From: Patescibacteria group bacterium
GTDB lineage: Bacteria > Patescibacteriota > Minisyncoccia > Phycocordibacterales > UBA1006
Assembly (NCBI GenBank): GCA_028286885.1
Contig: JAQBQS010000010.1
Location: forward strand, 19,148 to 83,147
Direction: 5' to 3'
DNA length: 64,000 nt
A model generated the notes under the pieces. That model was not told the DNA's origin. It saw only the letters and a program-made list of their open reading frames with translations, and searched no databases. Position 1 is the first letter of the stretch. Each line of letters opens with the position of its first letter. This document shows, in pieces, positions 56,356 through 64,000 of the stretch. The position numbers and the translations under genes are program-made.

Positions 56356-56395
56356 TAAATAAAAAACCCTTCCAAATTATTGGAAGGGTTTTGCT
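56356..56395. terminator. Bidirectional terminator (aaaaaacccttccaaattattggaagggttttg)
   Basis: Hairpin flanked by A and T runs. Confidence 0.75.
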
Positions 56396-57073
56396 TTAAA
56401 TTAAAAGTAATTTTGAGAGGCGATTGGCTATTTTTTTCTTCGTAAACTCTCCTTCTTCTTCATTTTTAAAAGGATCAACCAAGCTTATCTTGGAAAAACA
56501 ACTGCGGTATTCATTGCTGAACTTTTGAAACATGCCGAAAACGGAATTGTCCTTGTGCCTTGAAACCGCAACATTAAGATCGTTCATACCGCACGTCATG
56601 AAATTCGTTTTTGTGAATTTTATATGGTCGTAGTTCTCGTCTTTGCTTATGAACTTGAAAATGAGATCATAATCCATTTCATGAAAACGGTCATGGTACA
56701 GAGGCGAAGTCGATTTTTTACGTCCGCTCCAATGAAGCATTTTTACCCCATCGCCTTTAAACGAATCTACCATGAGATTAACCGCTTTTTGCCGTTCCTC
56801 ATCATAGACATAGATGTCTTCAAGCGGATTTGCGATTATATATCCTAACGTAAGGATCATACATACCTTGAATCCGAAAGGAGTTGGCTCCATTACAAGA
56901 ACTCCGTGAAGGTCTTTTTCGTCCTCGCAAATGATAAGGGTGGCTTCGTATAATTCTTTCGGGATAAGAATCGTTTCTCGTGTTATTAAACCGTTTAAAA
57001 AGACATATTCTCTCGGTATGACTCTTGAAAATCTAATTAAGTCGTTGGCATTCAATGGTTTCTCACTATCCAT
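56396..57073 (-). CDS. Hypothetical protein (225 aa), in an AT-rich segment
   Basis: Complete ORF. Confidence 0.45.
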   Translation of the reverse strand: MDSEKPLNANDLIRFSRVIPREYVFLNGLITRETILIPKELYEATLIICEDEKDLHGVLVMEPTPFGFKVCMILTLGYIIANPLEDIYVYDEERQKAVNLMVDSFKGDGVKMLHWSGRKKSTSPLYHDRFHEMDYDLIFKFISKDENYDHIKFTKTNFMTCGMNDLNVAVSRHKDNSVFGMFQKFSNEYRSCFSKISLVDPFKNEEEGEFTKKKIANRLSKLLLI

Positions 57074-57165
57074 AGTTATTTAATTTAAGTGGTTCACAAT
57101 ATTTTTCCTATTTAATCACAAAAATGATAAAAGTCAATTACTCGCTTGTATTAAAAAATCCCCCC

Positions 57166-57990
57166 TTACTGGGAGGATCTCATTTTTTTACGGTTGGTGC
57201 GTTTTGCTTTTTTATAATTTCTTTGCGATGTGAAATGCCATTTGTGACATTCATTACAAAAATATTCGATGACAATCTCTTTTTTTGATGATCTTTCTAT
57301 TATCCCTTTCATTGCGCGGACCACTCCTTTGTGTGATGAAAATCCTATTTTGCCGCTCGAACAGACTAATTCGAAAAATTCTCCAACGGCGTTCTCTTTT
57401 TTGGCTTTATAATCGTCCGGAACCGTATAATCGATCTTCAAGATGGGAGCAGAAACACCCTTCTTTACAACCTGCACATTCGAAACGAGTGGAATCACTT
57501 GGGTTTTGTACGTGAACGGCTGCAGAGCCTTGATCTGCCGGACGTGCGTTTTTCCCTGCGAGGTTGCCAATTTCAAAGCGACCATATTTTTCTTAATAAA
57601 TAAGGCAAACGATTTATCAAAGCATACCTTCAGGTTTATGGCTTGATAAAGAAGATATTCGATAGGAATATCGTTTATGCGTTTTTTCTTATACTTACCC
57701 TGGCTGAGCCTGGAATCGACCGTGTAGGAAGGAATAGTATTGCCGTCGTGCTGCCGTTCGTCTTCATTATTTAAAAATTCTCGGTCTGTTATTTTCCAAA
57801 TGTTTTCATTAATCCAATTTAGGAATTCGGGATCGGGACACGTTGCCTTACCTTTACTGTATCGATTGTGAAGCTTAGTCAGATACTTAACAGGGACTTC
57901 CGACACCTTCTCGCCTTTGTGTTTACCGAACGTGAGAATATGGGTGGTATCATGCATTTTATAAGTTATTTTATTTTGAATGTTAAGCAA
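57166..57990 (-). CDS. Hypothetical protein with an N-terminal DUF3820-like motif and a C-terminal CxxC/basic tail
   Basis: HILTFGKHKGEKVSEVPVKYLTKL resembles the DUF3820 (FGKYKG..L.E.P..YL.WL) motif seen in phage and exonuclease-associated proteins. C-terminal CNECHKWHF plus a K/R-rich tail. Confidence 0.45.
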   Translation of the reverse strand: MLNIQNKITYKMHDTTHILTFGKHKGEKVSEVPVKYLTKLHNRYSKGKATCPDPEFLNWINENIWKITDREFLNNEDERQHDGNTIPSYTVDSRLSQGKYKKKRINDIPIEYLLYQAINLKVCFDKSFALFIKKNMVALKLATSQGKTHVRQIKALQPFTYKTQVIPLVSNVQVVKKGVSAPILKIDYTVPDDYKAKKENAVGEFFELVCSSGKIGFSSHKGVVRAMKGIIERSSKKEIVIEYFCNECHKWHFTSQRNYKKAKRTNRKKMRSSQ

Positions 57991-58051
57991 AATCGCTTGT
58001 TTTGATAGTAAATTACTATTTTAAAGTTGATTTGTCAATGACATTTCATTA

Positions 58052-58306
58052 TTACTGTATTTTCTTAATCTTAAGTTCCGGATCCTGATTATTAATAGAT
58101 TCAAGTATTTTTTCCTGCTTCATTGAAATTTCCGATCGCAGCGCCGAATTCGCCATGATAAAAACAGTTTCTTTTGAAACTTTAATTTTGTCGCGATCCA
58201 ATTCAATATTTAAAATCTCTTTCAAGGAAGAAATAACGGCGTTTCTCACCTTCGCTTCGCGAGGAAGGGAGCCGGAGAATTTTTTGAGATAGTCGGCGAT
58301 GTCCAT
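58052..58306 (-). CDS. DUF721 (RemB/YaaB/DciA-related) small protein
   Basis: KETVFIMANSALRSEISMKQEKILESIN resembles the DUF721 core (L.V.V.SSAWA.EL...IL..IN). Its position downstream of dnaN is conserved synteny for this family. Confidence 0.45.
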   Translation of the reverse strand: MDIADYLKKFSGSLPREAKVRNAVISSLKEILNIELDRDKIKVSKETVFIMANSALRSEISMKQEKILESINNQDPELKIKKIQ

Positions 58307-58326
58307 AGGACAAGTATAGCAAAAGG

Positions 58327-58950
58327 TTACTTGAAACTTCTTTTTATGAAATCAGCGACGAATTGCGCCTGCTTTTCCCTTATTTCTTTCTTGAAGTGAA
58401 TATGGTCCTGATATATCTCGGAATTTTCAAGGCACGTTGTTAGATTGCGCGTATATTCGCGAATATCGACAATTTCTACTTTATTTCTTTTCATCAACGA
58501 AAACGCTGCGTCATTGTATTTATTATTATCATCTGAATAGCGCAGGAATTTTTTCGCGTTGGAATTATGATGATTTTCATCAAATGACGTTGTTGTCATC
58601 CATGCTAATTTAATGTCGGAATTTTTATATAAGGAAATTATTTCTGAAATATTTTTCTTATACTCTTTCAACGAAACCTGATTATCATCGTTTTTACTTT
58701 TCTTGCGAATATCATGAAGTCCTGCGCCTACGATCAAAATATCCGGATTTATATCTTTCCTGCCAATTTCGAGATATTTTAATACGTCTGCGGACGTTCC
58801 GCCGTTTTCAGATTGCAATTCTGGATAATCATTAAGAAAAGGTTCTTTTCCTGTTTTATGCAAATAAACAAAATCACTGCCGAGGTGATTTTGAATATAC
58901 GCTCCGAAGTGGAGCGAAATGCTTTGTCCCAAAACGAAGACTGTTTTCAT
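58327..58950 (-). CDS. SGNH/GDSL-family hydrolase
   Basis: Block I VFVLGQSIS, block III GAGLHD, block V DHIHF. Sits 3 nt downstream of dnaN, where recF usually is. Confidence 0.6.
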   Translation of the reverse strand: MKTVFVLGQSISLHFGAYIQNHLGSDFVYLHKTGKEPFLNDYPELQSENGGTSADVLKYLEIGRKDINPDILIVGAGLHDIRKKSKNDDNQVSLKEYKKNISEIISLYKNSDIKLAWMTTTSFDENHHNSNAKKFLRYSDDNNKYNDAAFSLMKRNKVEIVDIREYTRNLTTCLENSEIYQDHIHFKKEIREKQAQFVADFIKRSFK

Positions 58951-58953
58951 GGA

Positions 58954-60054
58954 TTATCTGTTCATCGGCATTACCAAATAGGTAAAGCTCGGATCTCCGA
59001 CGCCTTTTACCACCATTGCGCGATTGGGTTCGGTAAATGAAAAAGATACTGAATCGGCTGAAATGGACTGCAGCGAATCGGAAATATATTTATGATTCAA
59101 GCGCGTATCGATCGCAGCGCCCGAGAGCGCAGCCTCTACATTCACGACGCCCTCGCCCGTATCGCTGTTTCGAGATGTCATCGTACAAATTTTTTCAGCA
59201 GGATTAATAATGAGGTCGATCTGGTTGAACTTATCGGAAAAAACGAGCATCGACTTGAGGATATTTTGCAAATCTCCTTTCAAAATGATCAATTCTGTCT
59301 TTGATTCCTTGGGCATAATCTGTCGGTAGTTGGGATAATTACCTCCAGTAAGCCTTGATGTTATATACAAAGTCTCATTTGAAAAAGCAATTTGATTTTC
59401 AACGATCGAAACTTTAATGGTTCCAGGAAATTCGGACAAAATTCTTGTAATTTCGCCGATATTTTTTACCGGAAGGAGAATTTCAGGAAATTCAGATACA
59501 TTTCCCACTTTTACTTTCTTCTCGGCAAGGCGAAAAGCATCCGTTGCAACGAAAACCAGCTGGTCCCCGTCTTGATACAGGTAAACAGATGCGATTTCCG
59601 GCTTGATGTCGGATGTTGCTGCGGCATACGAGACGCTTCGGATTCCGGAAACAAACTGGTCAATTGGAATTTCAAATGCATTGTCGGTTACAACGCGCGG
59701 AAGCGTTGGAAAATCATCCGCATTCATCGATTTGAGCGTCATTTTCGATCGCTTTGTCTTGATGATCAGGTTATCGTTTTCCGTTTCGAGAGAAAGCGGC
59801 GCATCGCCTGACAAACCGCTTGCAATCTGACCCAATAATTGGGCCGACACGGCGACGATTCCTTGCTCTGACACTTTGGCCGGAATAATAATCTCAGCGC
59901 CTATGTTGAGGTTCGTAGCGCGAATGATGAGATGTGAGGCGTCAGCCTGAATGTAAATGGCGCCAAGAATCGGCAATGTCAGGTTTTTGCCTGCAACTTT
60001 CTCGATCTGGCCAATCGCTTTTTTGAAATTTTCGAGGAGGCATTCGGCTTTCAT
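58954..60054 (-). CDS. dnaN: DNA polymerase III beta sliding clamp
   Basis: Three-domain clamp, about 366 aa, with the typical N-terminal MKAECLLENFKKAI...LPILGAIYI. Confidence 0.9.
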   Translation of the reverse strand: MKAECLLENFKKAIGQIEKVAGKNLTLPILGAIYIQADASHLIIRATNLNIGAEIIIPAKVSEQGIVAVSAQLLGQIASGLSGDAPLSLETENDNLIIKTKRSKMTLKSMNADDFPTLPRVVTDNAFEIPIDQFVSGIRSVSYAAATSDIKPEIASVYLYQDGDQLVFVATDAFRLAEKKVKVGNVSEFPEILLPVKNIGEITRILSEFPGTIKVSIVENQIAFSNETLYITSRLTGGNYPNYRQIMPKESKTELIILKGDLQNILKSMLVFSDKFNQIDLIINPAEKICTMTSRNSDTGEGVVNVEAALSGAAIDTRLNHKYISDSLQSISADSVSFSFTEPNRAMVVKGVGDPSFTYLVMPMNR

Positions 60055-60279
60055 ATAAATGCATTCTATCATATTTACCCCTCACATAAAAGTGAAAATT
60101 TAAAACTCAAAGCACGCGATTCTCTCAAATAACCACTAACTCAAGAAGTTATCGGGTTCGTGTTTGAGTTTTAAATTTTCAATTTTATGTGAGGGTTTTA
60201 TGTTTCAGATGTTTTATATTTTTTGAGACCCTAGTTTAGTATTAGATATACTTCGTATATAGAACCTATTACTACTATT

Positions 60280-60590
60280 AGCCCTGTGGATACTGTGGAT
60301 AAGAGAAAGAACCATATGAAATAGGTAGCCCTTAGAAAATAATCAAAAATCCTGGCGTGGATAACCTTGGGGTGAACTGGTACTTTCTTTTTCTTTATTA
60401 AAAAATGCTCAAGATATCCTTAGTTTTCAAGGTGTTTATAGATGATTTTCATACACCTTACCAGGATGTTATGAGTATATTCATACAAGGTTTTTAAGAT
60501 AACAATCCAAGTCATTATCAGTTCTCTTTTCAAGCGGTTGTTATGAACATTTTCCACCACAGTTTGCACATAGTTTTCCACATATCCCCT
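60280..60590. promoter_or_regulatory. oriC candidate (dnaA-dnaN side): DnaA-box cluster plus AT-rich unwinding stretches
   Basis: TGTGGATAC (60285-60293) in tandem with the perfect TGTGGATAA (60294-60302), cGTGGATAA (60356-60364), TTTTCCACA (60575-60583) and TTTTCCACC (60552-60560). AT-rich tracts at 60387-60410 and 60601-60680. Confidence 0.55.
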
Positions 60591-60744
60591 TCCCTATCGA
60601 AAAAATGTCTCATTATATATTCATATAATACAGTGCAAATACTTGACATTATATATCAAATATGCTAATATATAATCAAAGGACGCAAAATCGCCTCGAA
60701 CGAGGGTATGCGAAACCGATTTCTTTACAATTAATTTATGTATT

Positions 60745-61293
60745 ATGAGAATTCTCTTTTTTCCATCAATCGGAACCGATCTGGTTTCGATTCAAAGACC
60801 AACCTATTCTGTAAAGGCTTTCAAGCAAGGCGATTTGGAAATAACAATTTCACAGCTCACCAGCGGGAATTATTATTTAGATCTCCAAGATGGTGAAAAT
60901 CTTCCATCAGAAGGCCTTATTCCTTACATTGATACCATTATGGAAACAGATTATGTAAAAGAAACCGATGTTCCTTCAAGAGAACTTGGAGAATATAGGT
61001 ACGGAAGCGCTTCTGCGATGGTAAGCATGGCCGTTCCTCCAAAAAGCTGGAATCATAAACTTGCAGGACATTACTGTTATTATTTGGAATTCAATGCCAA
61101 AAATCCCGCTGACATTAAGGAATTGAGGAAAAGATTTTTCCTCGGAACGATCCTTCCCTACAAAATCGCAGGAAAACAGCCTGTCAATTTCAAAGAAACA
61201 TTGGAACTGCTTCTAAACGAGCATAATCCGAAAAATTTCTTCGAGAGGCTCAAAATCTGTTTAAATGCGGCTTTCAAGATGAATATGGCTTGA
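60745..61293 (+). CDS. Hypothetical protein (182 aa) encoded inside the dnaA-dnaN spacer on the opposite strand
   Basis: Complete ORF with the terminator at 61309-61345. No recognisable motif. Confidence 0.5.
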   Translation: MRILFFPSIGTDLVSIQRPTYSVKAFKQGDLEITISQLTSGNYYLDLQDGENLPSEGLIPYIDTIMETDYVKETDVPSRELGEYRYGSASAMVSMAVPPKSWNHKLAGHYCYYLEFNAKNPADIKELRKRFFLGTILPYKIAGKQPVNFKETLELLLNEHNPKNFFERLKICLNAAFKMNMA

Positions 61294-61308
61294 TAGTTAT
61301 GAGTAATT

Positions 61309-61345
61309 AAAAACGCTTAGCACCTGCTAAGCGTTTTCTTTTTGA
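61309..61345. terminator. Bidirectional terminator (aaaaacgcttagcacctgctaagcgttttc)
   Basis: Hairpin flanked by A and T runs. Confidence 0.75.
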
Positions 61346-61347
61346 TA

Positions 61348-62691
61348 TTATGTACTCAACATCGATCGGATCTGCTCGATTTCTTGGGCAAGTTCGGTAT
61401 CCGTTTGAACTTCTGTCTTAATCTTGTCGCAGGAGTGGATGACGGTCGTGTGGTCGCGTCCTCCCATCTTGCGTCCAATCAGCGGAAACGAAATGCTGAA
61501 GTCTTCTCGCAGGATATACATGGCAACCTGGCGTGCGCGCACGATCTCTTTTCTTCGCGTTTTCTCGTAAATGAGCGACTCGTCGAGATTGTAAAAATGA
61601 GCGATCGTCTTGATGATATCTTCGACGGAAACGTTTTTCTTGGGCTTGATATTATTTTTGATCAAAAGTTTTACTTCTTGAATATTCAATTCTCTTTTCT
61701 TAACGTCCATCTGCGCCATCAAGGTATTGAAGATGCCTTCAAGTTCGCGGATGTTTCCCTCGACATGCATCGCGATGAAATCCAAGACCTCGTGCGCGAT
61801 CGCAATGCCGTGTTCGCGGCACTTGGCGTTCAAGATTGCGATTCTCGACTCATACTCGGGCTTTGAGATATCGATGATCATTCCCTGGGAAAGCCTTGAT
61901 TTTAAACGGTCTTCGAGCCCTTGGATATAGTTGGGGTGCTTGTCGGAGGAGAAAATAACCTGCCGTCCCTTGTCGAAGAAGGTGTTGAATAGGTGGAAGA
62001 GTTCTTCTTGCGTCTTGTCGCGTCCCGAGAGGAATTGGATGTCGTCCATGATGAAGACATCATAGGATCGATATTTTTCCTTGAACGAGTTGATCTTGTT
62101 CGTTTGGAGCGCGCTCACATAATCGTTGGTGAACTTTTCAGTGTTGGTGTAGAGAATATTGATATTCGGATTCTTGATTTTCATCGAGTTTCCGATTCCT
62201 TGGATCAAGTGCGTTTTGCCGAGCCCTGTTGCGCCGTAAATGAACAAAGGGTTGTAGGTTCCCGGATTGCGCAATGTCGCCTGTCCTGCGGAATACGCAA
62301 CTTCGTTGAACGGCCCGATAATGAAATTGTCGAACGTGTATTTCGGGTTCAGGTTGTCGCGCCTCCCTACCGACATTTCAAGCGGCAGTTCTTTTGCCTG
62401 CATCGTCGGCTGGGGCTTCGGGCTCATACTTGGAATCGGTGCTGTTTTCGAGATGACATACTCGACATTGCGGACATGCTCGTCGTGCGCGCGCAGATTT
62501 TTCAAGATTTCCTTGTGGAATTTGGTGGACAACCATTCGCGATAGAACTCGTTCGGCACGCCGACGAAGAAGATGCCGTCTTCGGATTTGACGCCGTGGG
62601 TATTCTTGAACCATGTCGTAAACATCGCCTTTGAGACGACGAGTTCGAGATCGTGGAGAACGGTCTGCCAGGTTGTCTGAACATCTTGCAT
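61348..62691 (-). CDS. dnaA: Chromosomal replication initiator DnaA
   Basis: Walker A GATGLGKTHL, box VII and sensor motifs, and a C-terminal DNA-binding domain. Divergent from rpmH. Confidence 0.95.
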   Translation of the reverse strand: MQDVQTTWQTVLHDLELVVSKAMFTTWFKNTHGVKSEDGIFFVGVPNEFYREWLSTKFHKEILKNLRAHDEHVRNVEYVISKTAPIPSMSPKPQPTMQAKELPLEMSVGRRDNLNPKYTFDNFIIGPFNEVAYSAGQATLRNPGTYNPLFIYGATGLGKTHLIQGIGNSMKIKNPNINILYTNTEKFTNDYVSALQTNKINSFKEKYRSYDVFIMDDIQFLSGRDKTQEELFHLFNTFFDKGRQVIFSSDKHPNYIQGLEDRLKSRLSQGMIIDISKPEYESRIAILNAKCREHGIAIAHEVLDFIAMHVEGNIRELEGIFNTLMAQMDVKKRELNIQEVKLLIKNNIKPKKNVSVEDIIKTIAHFYNLDESLIYEKTRRKEIVRARQVAMYILREDFSISFPLIGRKMGGRDHTTVIHSCDKIKTEVQTDTELAQEIEQIRSMLST

Positions 62692-62709
62692 AATATGGTG
62701 CCCATTATA

Positions 62710-62860
62710 GCAGACCTGTGGAAAAGTCGAGGAATCTATCTATATTTCAGCATTAAAAAACACTTTTAAAAAATGACAACCCCACTTCGCGAGGCGCTTC
62801 GTCGGGGCGAGGGATGAATTTTGCCAAGTTCGCAATATGAACCATGTGGATAACTATGTG
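62710..62860. promoter_or_regulatory. DnaA boxes upstream of dnaA (second origin or auto-regulatory cluster)
   Basis: TGTGGAAAA (62714-62722) and the perfect TGTGGATAA (62845-62853) in AT-rich DNA. Confidence 0.45.
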
Positions 62861-62994
62861 TACATTGTGTAAAAGAATAACTTTTTTGGGATGTAAAGAT
62901 ATTGGGAAATAAGGGGTTTTGGAGACTTGACTTTTATACATTATTATGTTAATATATAAACATAATCTTTTTATAATACAATAAAAACACATAA

Positions 62995-63429
62995 ATGAAT
63001 TCAAGATCAAGCGAATCAATCCTTAGGGATTTGGTAAACATTCTCTATTTACTGCATCATCCCGGACCGACAGAACGGATCAATGTTTTTGAACAAAGGA
63101 AGAGGAGATATTTTTCCCTCCAGGAGGAATGGAACCAAAAAACAGGAATAGAGAAAGAAATTTCAGGGCCTTTTACGATGAAAGAGGGTGATTTCGAAAA
63201 AATCGAACCGCTTTATCTTTTAAACGACGAGCTATGCCGAGACGATAAAACAGGTATTCCCCGTTATGACATGTTGTCCGGCAATGCTTCATTTAATCTG
63301 CCCCAAAGGCAGCGCAAGGACAGGATCATCAGGTTTGCACTGGCTTCGGTCGGCGTGGACTATGAAAAGCTGTATCCTTCAAAACCAAGAGACATTCTGA
63401 GATTTATTTCAAACAAATTGAAGCGGTAA
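62995..63429 (+). CDS. Hypothetical protein (144 aa) between dnaA and rpmH
   Basis: Complete ORF with a terminator at 63440-63468. Confidence 0.45.
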   Translation: MNSRSSESILRDLVNILYLLHHPGPTERINVFEQRKRRYFSLQEEWNQKTGIEKEISGPFTMKEGDFEKIEPLYLLNDELCRDDKTGIPRYDMLSGNASFNLPQRQRKDRIIRFALASVGVDYEKLYPSKPRDILRFISNKLKR

Positions 63430-63543
63430 ATCGCTTCTCAAAAGCCTGTACACGCAGGCTTTTTTATTTGAATTCTTGCCCAAAAGGCAGCCCTACCAAG
63501 GAAGCTTGCAAAAATTGGGGTGTTATGCCATACTGTCGCAACT

Positions 63544-63681
63544 ATGGCAGTAAAAGGCTACAAAGCACAGGTGCGCAAGCGGTCAACGACGCACGGATTC
63601 CTCGTCCGTCAGTCAACGACTGCAGGCAAGAATACGAATCGACGCCGCCGCGCAAAAGGACGAGCGCGAATCGCCGTCTAA
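63544..63681 (+). CDS. rpmH: 50S ribosomal protein L34
   Basis: Hand-translated MAVKGYKAQVRKRSTTHGFLVRQSTTAGKNTNRRRRAKGRARIAV (45 aa), below the ORF-track size cutoff. Confidence 0.9.
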   Translation: MAVKGYKAQVRKRSTTHGFLVRQSTTAGKNTNRRRRAKGRARIAV

Positions 63682-63721
63682 TCACGAGCCCGGAAACGGG
63701 TTTTTGTGTTACGATAAATTT

Positions 63722-64000
63722 ATGCTTCCCAGATCCCATCGAATTTCAGCTGACCAGTTCCCTGCCGTCACACGCGGCAAGAGTTTTCTTGGCGAGCATC
63801 TACGCGTTGTCATAAAAACAGATCCAACGCTCAGGAATCCGAAATGTGCTGTCATTGTCTCAAACAAGGTTGCAAAGACGGCTGTTGCAAGGAATCGCAT
63901 TCGCCGGCAGGTCTATGCCGTGCTCGGCGAATTCATTGCCAAGCTTCCGAATGCTTATGTTTCAGTTTTTCCAAACAAGGTTCCTCTTGAACATGAAGAG
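63722..64000 (+). CDS. rnpA: RNase P protein component (partial; runs off the window end)
   Basis: MLPRSHRISADQFPAVTRGKSFLGEHLRVVIK... (RNR-motif region KVAKTAVARNRIRRQV), located immediately after rpmH. Confidence 0.8.
   Translation, partial: MLPRSHRISADQFPAVTRGKSFLGEHLRVVIKTDPTLRNPKCAVIVSNKVAKTAVARNRIRRQVYAVLGEFIAKLPNAYVSVFPNKVPLEHEE

Noticed and set aside
1-64000. CRISPR arrays, rRNA genes, transposases or integrases
   Set aside because: No regularly spaced direct repeats, no rRNA-like conserved stretches, and no DDE or tyrosine-recombinase motifs were seen in any translation. Their absence was judged by eye only.

Overview
This 64-kb window looks like a chromosomal segment next to the replication origin of a small-genome bacterium. 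Most of it is ordinary housekeeping with conserved gene order.

Gene content: the right end carries rnpA, rpmH, dnaA, dnaN and the flanking DnaA boxes. rpmH was found by hand because it is absent from the ORF track. Many housekeeping genes are recognisable: msrA, rplS, rpsT, ruvA, ruvB, ruvC, ruvX, polA, folD, tyrS, PBP1A, a TsaE homologue, peroxiredoxin, two DedA proteins, a CaCA antiporter, an M20 peptidase, and SpoU and RluA-family enzymes. Six tRNAs were assigned by reading their anticodon loops: Leu-GAG, Val-TAC, Arg-TCT, Ser-TGA, Arg-GCG and Lys-TTT. There are two ECF-type sigma factors, one paired with an anti-sigma protein. There is also a MacAB-like HlyD/ABC export operon, a PadR-PspC pair, an HxlR-nitroreductase pair, and type IV pilus components: an orphan pilM, a pilB with a long C-terminal tail, and two very large secreted or anchored proteins.

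Not found: rRNA, CRISPR arrays, transposases or integrases.

Points worth a second look: (i) a family of short GC-rich palindromic mini-repeats in intergenic DNA that are also inserted in frame into tsaE and pilB; (ii) an orphan DGQHR/ParB-like (DndB/DpdB-family) protein divergent from an ECF sigma gene, with an inverted-repeat operator between them; (iii) a tightly coupled HD-phosphohydrolase + ANT(2'')-like nucleotidyltransferase pair; (iv) an atypical origin, with an extra gene between dnaA and dnaN, an SGNH hydrolase in place of recF, and a DUF721/RemB-like gene downstream; (v) a roughly 1-kb stretch with no convincing ORF that contains an element closed by a 13-bp inverted repeat, a candidate structured RNA; (vi) a GC-rich compositional island directly after tRNA-Ser; (vii) a recurring TTTGTCAAG motif upstream of the -10 hexamer with leaderless starts.

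All functional calls rest on motif-level reading of the translations. No database search was possible.
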